A stretch of DNA of 63,806 nt, the filler included, from Dugesia japonica (Eukaryota): the NCBI GenBank assembly GCA_001938525.1. It is 6 parts of 6 records of this genome, joined end to end, with 100 filler letters (N's around TTAATTAATTAA, not from the genome) between each part and the next. Parts side by side here need not be neighbours in the genome. Positions count along the whole stretch, not along the records: positions 36,656 to 46,362 come from MQRL01626367.1; positions 46,463 to 54,946 come from MQRL01508445.1; 4 more parts are not named here. One strand, 5' to 3'. The first letter of the stretch is position 1. Every line of letters begins with the position of its first letter. The position numbers and the translations under genes were made by a program. The notes under the pieces were generated by a model. That model was not told the DNA's origin. It was given only the letters and a program-made list of their open reading frames with translations, and did not search any database. Shown piece by piece: positions 38,020-51,018 of this stretch.

Positions 38020-38510
38020 GATGTTGATAAACCGAGTTCTCAAGACTCATGTAACAATAATAATCTGTTATAACATGACATAAATCTTAATTAATTCTTT
38101 AACGGAAAATAACCTTCAAATTTCGTCTGGGTATAATACAATTTTTTTATTTTGTAAAACCCTAAGTTAGCATCTTATCCTTCAACATCTACATCATCTT
38201 TGTTAATATCTAGATTCCATTCAGATAATTCATCAAACTCTTTTTTATGAACTTCACTAGTTGAAATGAAATCTAGCATTTTTGCTGCTGTTCCAGAATC
38301 ATTATTAATTTCTACATCTGATGAACCCAAAGTGAATCCCATGGATTTAAATAAACTTGCAAACCAATTCTTTTCTAGAGTTATTTTATCTTCATGTACA
38401 TCAACAGTACCAAATTCTAATGTTACTTTAAAATATAACATTGAATTACAAATATTTAATGAACTTTTTGATTGTAAAGATTGAAAAACAATATCACAAG
38501 AAGTCATTAA
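38020..38510 (-). pseudogene. Polinton major capsid protein fragment
   Basis: NWFASLFKSMGFTLGSSDVEINNDSGTAAKMLDFI and the downstream FEGYFPLKN..FM..YNRLLL resemble the first jelly roll of Polinton MCPs. Confidence 0.6.
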
Positions 38511-39544
38511 ACTGTTAATTGGTTAATGCTTAACTAAATGTAAATTGCTGTTAGGGGATGATCTATTCTGTTGAGGGAAGCTTGTTTTTGCTGAGTGAGG
38601 TTTTGTTTATGTTGAGTGAAGTCGTTTTCTGTTTAGGGAGGGTTTTTTATTTTTGGNGAAGGGTTAAGCTGCGCAAGAGTAACAAGCTATCACCAGGCTT
38701 ATAAGCCATTTTCAATCTACTAATATGAGTTTGGTTCTTCACAAACTAATCAATAAAAACAAATGAAATTGTCTCCAAATTGCATGCACCTGGCACCGAG
38801 CTAGATTAGGCCACACAAGGAACAATTTCTTTACATAATCTTGAAGGGATACGAACAATATTGTTTCTTCGTTTATGTGAAGCAGTGGAATAAGTGATTA
38901 GCCAAAGGAGTTATACCTAACACAATTGTTAGAAAGAGCTTCATACCACGAATACCATGATATGCATCTTGTGTAATTAAAAGCAAACATCATCAAAATA
39001 TTCTCTAAAGATCTCGAAAAGAAGGTTCTTCAGCATCTGCCGTTCTCTTTTGGCCTGGATACATTTGAATTTCACCTTTAATGCTCGTTGTATAAACAAA
39101 TAAAAGATGTAACTATCAAGAGCGTGGAGGATTTCGGAAACTAGATCTATAATTTTTTGAGTCCTGGTTAAGCGATTTTTGCAAAATGGCATCAATAAAT
39201 CGGTCGATAGGTTTAGCATGTCTTGAACATTGAAGGTGTCTATATATTTGATTAAGTTGTAATGATAATGTTTAATAAAATTAAATAAAAGGTAATTTTT
39301 TCTTTAAAACGTTTTCAATAAAATAAAGCGAGAACTTATTTACCAACCTAATAAAATTAATTCTTCTTTAAAAAATTAATTAATTCTTTTTCATTAAGTA
39401 ATTTTTGTCTGAAAAAAATTTAACAATCAATAATAAAAAACGAATTAGTGTTTAAATAATATTTGGTATTATTTATTTTGTGATGTTTTCAAAATTTTAA
39501 ACTCGGATGTAAAATGTTATTTTTTTTATTGTTAAAAGATTATA

Positions 39545-40575
39545 ATGGGGATGCTGAAATTTAAAGATTTGAGTAATAAAAGTTACGAAATTGATGTTAA
39601 AAATGATAATTTGGTAATTGATGTTAAAAGGAAATTATCTAAAAAAATCGATGAAAATTATAAAAATATTGTATTAATGTTTAAAAACAAAATTTTATTG
39701 GATGATAAATTGATCAATTATTACATCATTGAATCAACTCAATTTATTTTATGGTTTAAAGGAAAAGACTGTATGAGGTGAGTGTAAATTGATGAGTGGA
39801 TATAAATTGATATTTGAAAAGGTATTCCAATGATGATTCTGAAACTATCAAGTTGGTGTCATTTTGAGTTGTGTTGGCAAATCGATAATAAATATTTAGA
39901 TGTATCACGATAATTGATAATTATAATAATGATGAATATTTTGTTAATATGAATAAATACTCAACTGTTCGAATGTTGAAATCAATAATTGCTAGAAAAT
40001 ATGGCTTGGATGAAGAACAATTTTATTTAGAAAATAATAAAAACAATTTATCGATTGATAATGACGCAACATTAGAGCAATGTGGATTCCGTAATGGATG
40101 CAACATTAAATTGATTTATAATGATATTATTAAAGTGAAAATTCTAAATAAATATTTTCGTAATTTTATTGAAACGTTTGAATATAATTTGAGTAAATAT
40201 TCAACTGTTGGTCAGTTGAAACAAATTTGTGCTGAGAAAACAAATATTGAATTAAATAAATTTTCTCTACAATTCAATGAGAAATCCTTATTGGATGATG
40301 ACGTAACAACATTGATGCAATGCAAATTGATTAATGGATGTACTNNNNNNNNNNNNNNNTGCCATATTATACTGTTATATCTAAAGTATTGCGATGGATG
40401 TTATGCCATTTATGCGAATAAATATTGCTCAGTTGGTATATTAAAACAACAGATTAGTCAGAAAATGAGCATTTGTGCGACGCAAATCAAATTACGTTTT
40501 AATAATTTAACAATGAGTAATGATTACCGATTGAATGATTATTGGATAAATAATGGTGACACTTTAAAAATGTAA
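39545..40575 (+). CDS. Tandem ubiquitin-like domain protein (about four Ubl repeats); exons 39545-39777 and 39900-40575
   Basis: Repeated pattern TVxxLKxxI...LxFxxKxL-DDxTLxxxxIxNGxxI. The AG|GTGAGT donor and TAG acceptor give an in-frame phase-2 splice. Confidence 0.75.
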
Positions 40576-40996
40576 ATTTTTCCGTAATATTATGAAATAT
40601 TTAACAAATATTACCTAATCATAGTTCTCCTTGGAAGGGCATCTGGAACAATGCATNNNNNNNNNNNNNNNNNNNNNNNNNNNNNNNNNNNNNNNNNNNN
40701 NNNNNNNNNNNNNNNNNNNNNNNNNNNNNNNNNNNNNNNNNNNNNNNNNNNNNNNNNNNNNNNNNNNNNNNNNNNNNNNNNNNNNNNNNNNNNNNNNNNN
40801 NNNNNNNNNNNNNNNNNNNNNNAAATTTTATATACCAAGATACTCAGAACAAACATAAAAAAATTTATTATGAAATACTCGCCCAGTAAAATTAAATTGA
40901 TTTATTAATTATGATTGCAAATCAATAATATAATAATCAATATATTTATCATTGAATGAGTGGGTGGCAATATTGATAAATTATTTTCAATGATAA

Positions 40997-42428
40997 CCCT
41001 TCCCGTGGTCTAAATTTTTTCTGAGGTCACATGAACATAATTTTATGCATCTCGACAAAAATATATACATTTAGTAGTCCATCATGTCTGGTTTTTTGAG
41101 ATAATCAGGTTTTTTGGTATATATGGTAATTTAAATTAATCAATATTAATTAAAAATCTTATCATTTTAAAATTGTTTAAATAATCGCATATTTGTATTT
41201 TCAATGAAATGTCAAACCGACGGTGTATTAATGACCCAAACCATTTCTGTTATATCTGTGGAGAATATGTAAAGATTACAGGATGAGCATTATACCGGTC
41301 ATAAAGCAAAGATTTTAAATAAGCTTAACATAATATCTAATGTCATTACTGATGGCTATTTATTGATGGCAGCAAAACTAGTGGAAAGGTTACTCTCCTA
41401 CATAAGGAAAATGAATTTCCTGGCATTCCGATTGCGTATACCAGAAAGGAAGAGGAAACATGACATAAAATGTCTTATGGATATGTTGCATTACTATGAC
41501 GTTCGATGGAATAATAGAGGAGACCTAAAGTTAATTGGCATTTTGATAGGATCATTAAATTTTTCTGCTTCCTATGCTTATGGAATAATATGGCACGTGA
41601 TCAGAATTATATAATTAATGAATGACCAAGCCGTGTGAACCGCACAACTGGGCTAAACAATATCAAGCACGAACCGCCTGTCGATGTACAGAACATCATA
41701 TTACCTGCTCTTCATATTGAGTTAAGTCTTTTCAAGAACTTCATCAAAGCTTTAAAGCCTGAAAACCAACCAATGCTAACAATAAAAAAATATTTTCCGA
41801 AATTATCATCGGCAAAAATTAAAGAACAGATTTTAGTTGGACAAAGATGGCCTAAGTCAAAGTGAATTCCGAGCGTGAATTCCGATACTGTTAACACCTT
41901 TGTGTTTGTATTCTTGTTACCATATCTAAATAAAGCCATATTTATTTTTAACGGGTTAAAACCGTTCCGTGGAATACCAAACTACTGTTGCTGAGTTAGT
42001 GGATACGATCGAAGTAAAAAGTGTATGTCACTAAAAATACACTTTTTAAAGTGCCACTTCAGCTTTTTCCCTTAGGATTTCTGGCAAATTAGTGATGATC
42101 ATGGTGAAAATTTTCACCAGACGATAAGTACCGTCGAAAAGCAATACCATGGCCGTGCTGTTGAGCACACGATGACGGATTTTTGCTGGCTGTTAAACAT
42201 TTGATAATACTTATAATAAAATATTTGACTTAGTTTTGGTATCGTAGTTACGTGTTAGCTTAAAGTTATAGCTGCTTTTTATGTAAATTTCCTAAATTTT
42301 AAAAAGTGAAATTTCTTCAAAATGAGACATGATACAGAAAAACTGAGATTATATTATATATCAGCTCAAACGAAGTATATATGATGGATGCCTTTCATGA
42401 GAAAAAAGTTAAAAAACCCCAGGCAGTG
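40997..42428 (+). mobile_element. Chapaev3-like (CMC) DNA transposon, internally deleted and decayed
   Basis: Motifs CINDPNHFCYICG, LPALHIELSLFKNFIKAL, FPKLSSAKIKE, MSLKIHFL and SDDHGENFHQ..DFCW. The right end is CAGTG followed by TAA, and TAA precedes the degenerate left TIR. Confidence 0.75.
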
Positions 42429-42844
42429 TAATCAATATTAAATTAATAAGATGCGTAATGGGAATAACAATAGATTTCTTTGATTTCATAAAGAAATTTG
42501 ATTGTTTTAAAAAGTTTATATATGAAAATAATTAACTTTTGAACTTGTAATTAATTTTTTAAAATTAATTTAAATTGAAAAATTAAGAACGTTCATTTAT
42601 TTATTAAAAAAATTTATGACTAAATTTAATGTTATTGATTTGAAAAGTTATGTTTACTAATTGTTTGCTAACTGATTTATCAAATGAGTTATGAATGAAT
42701 ATCTGGTCTGTGATCCGTAGATAATTTAATATTAGTATATTACTAAGTTATAATCAAACATTAAGCTGGAGTAGTGCATTGCAACAAGAATATCGTATAA
42801 TCATTAGGACATAAGTAATCTGAAATAAATTTGAGTATAAAATT

Positions 42845-45200
42845 AGTAGGTAGATAGTAGCGCACTGTATCACCTGTGTGCGAACCCCCCCTCCGCCGTT
42901 GACGCAATCTCATTTTTCAGTAAGTGATATAGGATTTTTCTAATGTAAATAGGCGGCGAAACACATTTGTGTGCGTTACATAATGTAATTAATCTCGTTG
43001 CGATATTATTACATAAGGGATCCAGTATTTTTTAAGTATTTAGTAGCGGAAATTTTTATAGGCTTTTTAGGCGGTAATATTTTTCAGTCTTTTTAAGCAG
43101 TAGAATTTTTACTGTGTATTTAGTTGGGAATTTATCGGTGAGGTCTAATGAGGTCGATTTTTGATTGGTTCAGGTGAATTTGGTCGAAAATTTTCTCGCT
43201 GAGATCTAATGTGGACAATCTTTGGCTGGTTTAGATGAAATTGGTTGAATATTGACTTGGGTTGGTAATTTATCATTATCGACTACTATCAAATTTCAGA
43301 TTAAATCTCACAAGTTATAGTAAATTCGATCCATCTCACTCTTGTCTTTATCTATCATTTTCTAACTTAAAGCACAAAAACTTACTGAGAATGAAGCGAA
43401 ATGTAGTTTGAATAAGAAATAATTGAATAAGTATTACTTATTTGTCCTTGTGTTGTTCTACGTGTTGAAAATAACAATAAATTCTCATGTAATGTATTGA
43501 AACAACTAATTTAATGGTCTTATATTCCAATGATAAAACCCATATTTTCATGATAATTCCCATATTTATGAAAAAAACAGTATTTCCACGATAAAACCAT
43601 TATTACCATGATAAATCATGTATGTACCATTACCAAACAACTATTCTTTATGATAAACCTCATATTTTCAATGATAAGACCATAACGTTATCTAATGTAA
43701 CTAATATTTCCAATGTTAAGATGAAATTTCTATGGTAAACTCTTATTTTCTAACAATGTAAATGATTATTTGGTATTTAAAACAAAAATGAACCCATGGA
43801 AACCAAGGTGCAAGCTGGGTTTCCAAGGTGCACGCAGGGAATCAAATAGCAAGCAAAGAAGTAGAAGAATTATTAGATGGTGAAAATATATTGAAATAGT
43901 TATATTTTTTTAAATAAAAAAGCATGTCATATAATTTCTTACTCGCTATCACTTAGTGTTATTATATTTTATCACTAAATGTCTTTTTTTAAAGATTATC
44001 GAAGAAAGGTCTATAAAAATATACATTAAACTCTCAATAGAAAATACGGTTAAATATAGCTAAATAGAACATTTCTAAATCACCACCCTTGCTTAAGTTT
44101 TTCGGCAGTAATCTTTCTGCTATGGTGTAAGTCATACTTACCTCTGAGTTATCTAAATTCATATTGACAAATAACGAATAATTAATGATATATATTCTAC
44201 AACAATTATTAAAAACGTTTACAAATTACTTAATAAAAATTACAAATTATAACTCAAATATTACAANNNNNNNNNNNNNNNNNNNNNNNNNNNNNNNNNN
44301 NNNNNNNNNNNNNNNNTTAACCGAAATATTTGCCAAAGATTAAATCCAAAAATACTCTTAATTTGAATTTCGCACACTTTTCAAAATCTCGTTTTAAAAC
44401 AATCACTCAATTAAAACACTCACAAAATTTTCTATTATTAATGTTTCTCACACATAATTACTTGGTAAAAATTTTTAATATTATAGGAGAAAATATCTAA
44501 ACATACACAATACTCGTTACAGCTCTTGACAAACACAACTCTCACTATCATCAAGTATTAACATGTACAATACTCGCTGTCATCATTTAATCTGTTCATT
44601 GCTTATTTCATATAGTCAGGTCTATAGTTCACACTGAATATATACCTTATAACCAATAACTGGTCAATTTTTTTACATATTTTCATTTTAATATAGATAA
44701 CTCCTTTATCAACTGACCCTCTAATCAAATAATTTACCCATTGATTATATACTTGTAGTATTTAAATTTATTCAATCATTAAAATTCTAACCAATTATTC
44801 ACATATTAACGTTTCAAATTAATTAATAAAATCCTCAAATATAAATTTTATTCAACCAAAGGAAAATAATTAATGTAACATTTATGAAGTTTTAAAATTA
44901 ACCAAACAGTACATTAAGATCAATGAAAATCGAGACTATCAAAGAGTTAGAAAACTAATGAAGAGTTAAGACCTGTGAAGAGCGAGAAAACCATTGATAA
45001 CTCAAGATCAGCGCACAGTGATCAGAGTTTTGATGTCTGAGAACCAGCGCAGAGTTCAGAATATTGACGACTGATCACTAGTGAACAGAGCTCTGATAAC
45101 TGAGGACTAGTGAGGTGTGAGAAAATATCAATGAAGAGTAAATTATCACCTACAAGAGTTAAAACCAGTAAAAAAAATTATACCTGATTAGATATTAAAT
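42845..45200 (+). mobile_element. Non-autonomous element starting with the Polinton-type AGTAGGTAGATAGT terminus; right boundary uncertain
   Basis: Terminus plus blocks homologous to 8160-8280, 10380-10480, 9450-9800 and 2220-2340; ~21-bp tandem units at 43520-43750. Confidence 0.55.
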
Positions 45201-47060
45201 TGGACTGAGCATCTAATTTTAACATTACTATTCGGAATCATCCATTATTTAATATTACTAGAAAACAACCTATATGAAGTACTTGCTTTTTGATTTATTT
45301 CATTAANNNNNNNNNNNNNNNNNNNNNNNNNNNNNNNNNNNNNNNNNNNNNNNNNNTTAATTATATTAACATTTTTAATAAATCTTGTTTAAATTCATTG
45401 TTTGCAATAAATGTAATCTTTTCAAATTTCCAAAATTTGTTATTCGCATATACAAGTAAAATCCTTTAGAAATTGTTCAATATTACAAAGGAAAATTTGA
45501 CAACACTTGTATACCTTATATCTAGACCAATACAAATCATTAAACCCGATANATTAATTAACCCAATACAGTAANAANAAACCTACTACATTNAATGCAT
45601 CCGATACATNTATTAAACCTAAACATTCAATTCATTTACGTATTTGACTTACATATTGTATTCAATGCTTTCATTTATCTTAATCTAATCGTGCAAGTTA
45701 ATCAATACAATCAATTAATTCATTGAATATGATTAATTTGTTCCATTAGACATAAATCTATAAGCAATAGTCGTTATTTTCATTAAAATAAACATTAAGT
45801 TGATTCGAATGTTTACTGATGGTTAACATGATTTTATAGTTATTATCCATTTCATCTTACAACTAAATGATAGTTAATCAACTTAATTCAATACAATCAA
45901 TGTACATAATTATTTATTATGTTAAAGACTCAAATTATTTCATTCACCTATTAAGTCCTTTGAAAAAAGACCTAATTTTAAAACAAGTAATTAATTTAAC
46001 CATTTGACTATTCATTCTAAATAGTCTTTGCCCTTAATACAATTGACCATTCATTTCAATAAATATGCAATAAGTTTCTTAAATTTCCTTAGATTTATCT
46101 TATCGGAGATAAAGATTTTCAATTTCTAATCATTTTTTTNNNNNNNNNNNNNNNNNNNNNNNNNNNNNNNNNNNNNNNNNNNNNNNNNNNNNNNNNNNNN
46201 NNNNNNNNNNAATATTCAAATCCTGTAAATGACCATTTATTTTACTCTTTGTTTTTTAATTTATTTAATCTAGGATAAAAATTGGTGATTTTTAAACATG
46301 TTATTCTTATTCAACGAAAAATTCTTTATCTAAAAGATACTTTGATGTTTAAATTTGAGTTANNNNNNNNNNNNNNNNNNNNNNNNNNNNNNNNNNNNNN
46401 NNNNNNTTAATTAATTAANNNNNNNNNNNNNNNNNNNNNNNNNNNNNNNNNNNNNNNNNNNNTTGGTTTGTTGGAATTGCAATAAAGTCGGTCACATGAG
46501 ATGGGAATGCCCGTTTAATTCAAGGATCAGGTGTTGAACATGTGAACGAGTTATTTTAAATGAATTCTAAAAAATTTTTTTTTAATATTTTAAAATTATT
46601 TTTACACTTATTAAAATCTAAAATTTTGAAAAAATCAATTAATTTTATTTATTAAATTAAAAAACTTTAATGAAACTTTAAAATATTTAAAACTCATTAA
46701 AATCTTTAAGTTCTTAAATTGTAATTTTAAAAAATTAGAAACTTATATTGTAAAATCAATTTGATAAAATGAAAATGAATTTAATTGACGAAAATTAAAT
46801 TAAATTTAAATCAATTGAATTAAATTAAAAAATTAATAAAACTTTATTTAAAATTTCTTGAATATATATTTCTAATTTAATATTACAATTACAGACACAA
46901 TTTCAAATGAACTTAAGTTAACATGAATGAACTAATAATTAATAATTAACTTAATAAATGTTAATTATAAAAAACTTTGTCTTTTTATTATTTTAATGTT
47001 CCTCAGGGGAGACTTCAAATTAACTATTGGTTCTTCAATTTCTAACCATATTATTCGCGA

Positions 47061-47713
47061 CTATCTACCTACTACATAAAGATCAAGTAGATAGATAGTA
47101 ATGCATAACCTCACTAAACCGATTTCCTCGATTTTTAAACATTTGGATCAATTTTAAAATTTTAAATTTAACCTCAAAATCTAACCGTACTTTTAAAAAT
47201 TTTGAAAAAATTAACACAATTTTTAAAAAGTTTCCCCTCTCGATGAGGTTGGTCGTCGGGTTATGCGCTTCTCTCTATTTATTGTAATTTAATAATGAGT
47301 ATGAATTAATTTATTATTTAGGAATATTGTTTAAAAAATTTATTTAAAATTATTTTTTCTTTGATGATTTGGTTGTGAATGAGGAAACTAGTTNNNNNNN
47401 NNNNNNNNNNNNNNNNNNNNNNNNNNNNNNNNNNNNNNNNNNNGATTTCATCGATTTTAAAACATTTGGATAAATTTTAAAATTTTAAATTTAACCTCAA
47501 AATCTAACCGTACTTTTAAAAATTTCGAAAAAATTAACACCATTTTTAAAAAGTTTCCCCTCTCGATGAGGTTGGTCGTGGGGTTATGCGCTACTCTCTA
47601 TTTTTTGTAATTTAATAATGAGTATGAATTAATTTATTATTAAGGAATATTGTTTAAAAAATTTATTTAAAATTATTTTTTCTTTGATGATTTGGTTGTG
47701 AATGAGGAAACTA
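47061..47713. repeat. Back-to-back Polinton-type termini and a ~195-bp MITE-like unit, duplicated across an N gap
   Basis: ctatctacctact ends at 47073 and agtagatagatagtaatgcataacc starts at 47086. The inverted partner ggttatgcgctWctctctat lies at ~47259-47278 and ~47582-47601. Confidence 0.6.
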
Positions 47714-49649
47714 GTTATACGTTTTATATTTTATTGATTATATTTTATCGATTAACTATTAATTGTAAAATATCTTTATAATTGTAATTGTTGGGTATTT
47801 ATAAATAAATTTTATTGTAATTATTCATTGGTAATAATATTTTCTTGTAATATCTTTTAATAGAACAATAATATATTTCTTGTAATTTATATTACCTAGT
47901 TAGATTCAGAAATGAAGGGTTTTCATTATAAAAAAATATTTGTAATTTAATAAATGTTTAACAATATGTATAATTCCTTTTTTGATGAGTCTGTTTATCA
48001 GAAAACAAACACCAAAAATTTTTCGCATGTTAAAAAAAGCATGAAACTATTTTTATTCTACAATTTAAAACAAATATTCTACTCTACTAACCATAATCCA
48101 ATTTAACAAAAATTTAAACACTAATTAAAACATTCTCCAATAAAATTGCTTTTAAAAAAAAATAATTAAATCTATGCGTTTTGTAAATGTTTAATTGAAA
48201 TTAAATATTATTAACAATTTTAATTAACATTTCTTTAATAGTAAAATTTATACTTACTAATTTCCATTAATTGATTGAATAAAACNNNNNNNNNNNNNNN
48301 NNNNNNNNNNNNNNNNNNNNNNNNNNNNNNNNNNNNNNNNNNNNNNNNTTTTTTTAAAAACAAGATTCAAATCTAATTATTCAATGATTTTTCAACAACA
48401 AACAATATATTTTTTTGATATTTATTTTTATAGAATTTGCATTTCTCTGTAGTTTATTCAACTACTCTAATTTACGTTGATTTAAACAAATCTACCAAAT
48501 TAAGTTAATTAGAGTTTGATGTTGAATAAGACATATATATATAGCTATAAAATAGCCATTAAATACGTGCACCATTAATTAAATTTATAGATAATACATT
48601 TAATAGTGGAATCTAATAAATACTCTAATAAATATTAAATGAGAAAGAGTTAAAACGTAGATATTTATTGCTAATAATTATTATTATTAAATTACAGAAA
48701 TTATATAAATGAATAATAATAATAACAACAATACAATATATACTAACGTTACAATCACAATTTCGGTGGGAATAGGGAAGTGTCCCTAAATCACAAATAG
48801 TAACAATAGAACCCAGATAGGAACAAATTAGAAGCCGGAAATTGCGAAACACAATAATTATAACTTGTTACTATTAACAATTAATATAAGCAATATACAA
48901 TTTAAATTCCCACTCAATTTTTACTCTGCCTTACCACTCATAAATTATTATTCAAACTCCAACATTATTTCTGTTAAAAGTTTACATTTACTAAAATTTA
49001 ATTTCAATATACGTTTTAATTCTTCCTCACAATATATATATTCGATTATCTAATAATGTTCGAGCACTAAGCATCACACACAACCATTCCTTCACTTATT
49101 ATCACATACATGTCTATTATACTCAGATCAAATGTGTTATATTACAACAATAATTAAATTTCACAATAAACATGATAGATGTCCGAAAGAGTCCTTTTAG
49201 AAATGAATATATTATTTATGCTAAAGTAAGTTTGTTTTCATTTACTGAGTTAATTTTTAATACGTTGTTAATTGTGTTTGCAGTTACAGCTGTGAAAATT
49301 AATAGTGTTTATTAAGTGAAACAAATTTTCAACACAAAGAAACATATAGATACACTTGATCAAAAATTAATTTTATTTTCATTTTTATTGATTTTTTTAA
49401 AAGTATAATAATAATAATTTTCCAACTAAATTCTAGCTAACTTTTATCGAATTATTTTATTTATGAAATGAATTTTTCACTTAAATTGAATATCTCTGAC
49501 ATTATTTTGTTAACAGTTATAATTTATTGACGTTATTACTCTTTGAAAATAAATTAATATTTAAATTTTATTTAAAATAAATTACACAATATTTAATTTT
49601 CATTTCAATTATAATATAATTATAAAAATATTTTAAACATAGTGTTACA

Positions 49650-50630
49650 GAATGATTAAATTCTTAGATGACAAAGAACAAATCCGGCACTGTATTCGAT
49701 ATCAATATGATTGTCGTTCTAATGTGACGAAAGTTGTCAAAAAGATTTGTATAATCTATGGAAATGTCATCAGCGATAGGTAAACTAGAAATTGGTTTAA
49801 ATGGTTTCGAGAAACTAACAAATCTTTTGAAAATCGTCCAAATCCTAGTTGTGAAATTTCTTTAGACAGTAATGTTCTACAGAAATTAGTTGATGAAGAT
49901 CCGAAGTTTAACATAGAAAAAATGGCAATCACTCTTAAGGTTAGTTCTGTTCAAAAACATCTATTTTTGATTGGTGTTTGGCTGCATCATAAATTGACAC
50001 TGATTCAGAAATAAATATGTTTCACGATTTTCAATTACCATTTTGGTAACAAATGGTGACTGAAGATGAGAAATGGGTGTTGTATGAAAACCCGAAAAGA
50101 AAAAGTAAATAGTTATCTTAAGGTCAGCCAATTTTCAAACCAGGGTTGCATCCGAACAAGGCTCTATTGTGTATATGGTGAGACTATAGGAGAATAGTTC
50201 ATTTAGAAATGTTAAAGATCGATGAGACAGTTAATGTAAAAGTTTACTGTGAATAATTAAGTCGTTTGGCAGCCATTCTCAAAGTTGAGCGGCCAGCATT
50301 TATTAACAAAGAAAGGATGATATTTTACCAAGACATCGATAAACCACATACATCAAAAAAGATTATGCAAACGTTACATGACTTGAAATGGTTGTTAATG
50401 CCACATCCTCCATATTTTTCCCATTGTGCGCCATCTGACCATTATTTGTTTAGATCATTTTCCAATTTTTGGTCCGGAGAATCATTATCAAACATAGATG
50501 CTATGAAATCAGAAGTTGAACAGTTTTTTTGCTAAAAATCCTTCATTATTTCACAAAGAATGTATTCAAAGTTTGGTGAAAAGATAGCGAATAGTTGTAC
50601 AATCAGGAGGAAATTACATAATTGACTAAC
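49650..50630 (+). mobile_element. Mariner (DD34D-type) transposase pseudogene
   Basis: HTH (IRHCIRYQY..RNWFKWFR), VTEDEKWVLYEN, KPGLHPNK, YQDIDKPH and PHPPYFSHCAPSDHYLF; several stops. Confidence 0.9.
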
Positions 50631-51018
50631 CTTTATTATCTGTAATAAAGATACATTTGTTTTATACTTTTTTGGGAAATTTTCAAATAATACCTCGAAT
50701 ATTCTACTATGCTTATTTAACTAGTATAATTAATTATTTTTAATTAATTACAGATTAATTTAATTAAAATAATTTTTAATTAATGTTAATTTATAAATTT
50801 AATTACTTTATAAGAATAGTTATTTAAAATTTTTCATTTGGTTGTTTGAAAAATAAAAATTAATATTTCATATAAAATACAACCGAAGATTCACCAGACA
50901 AACTACAACGGAAAATATGACAAAAACCTTTACTTACCGGTACAAAGAACTAGATTTTTATAAAATGATAAATTTCAATAAATTACCCGGTAACATATTT
51001 TAAATAAATATTTTTTAC

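Noticed and set aside
38660-39240. Possible Mutator-like transposase remnant on the minus strand
   Set aside because: Too degenerate; catalytic motifs could not be placed.
47086-47713. Tandem duplication as a biological event
   Set aside because: The near-identical copies flank an N gap, so this could be a gap or haplotype artefact.
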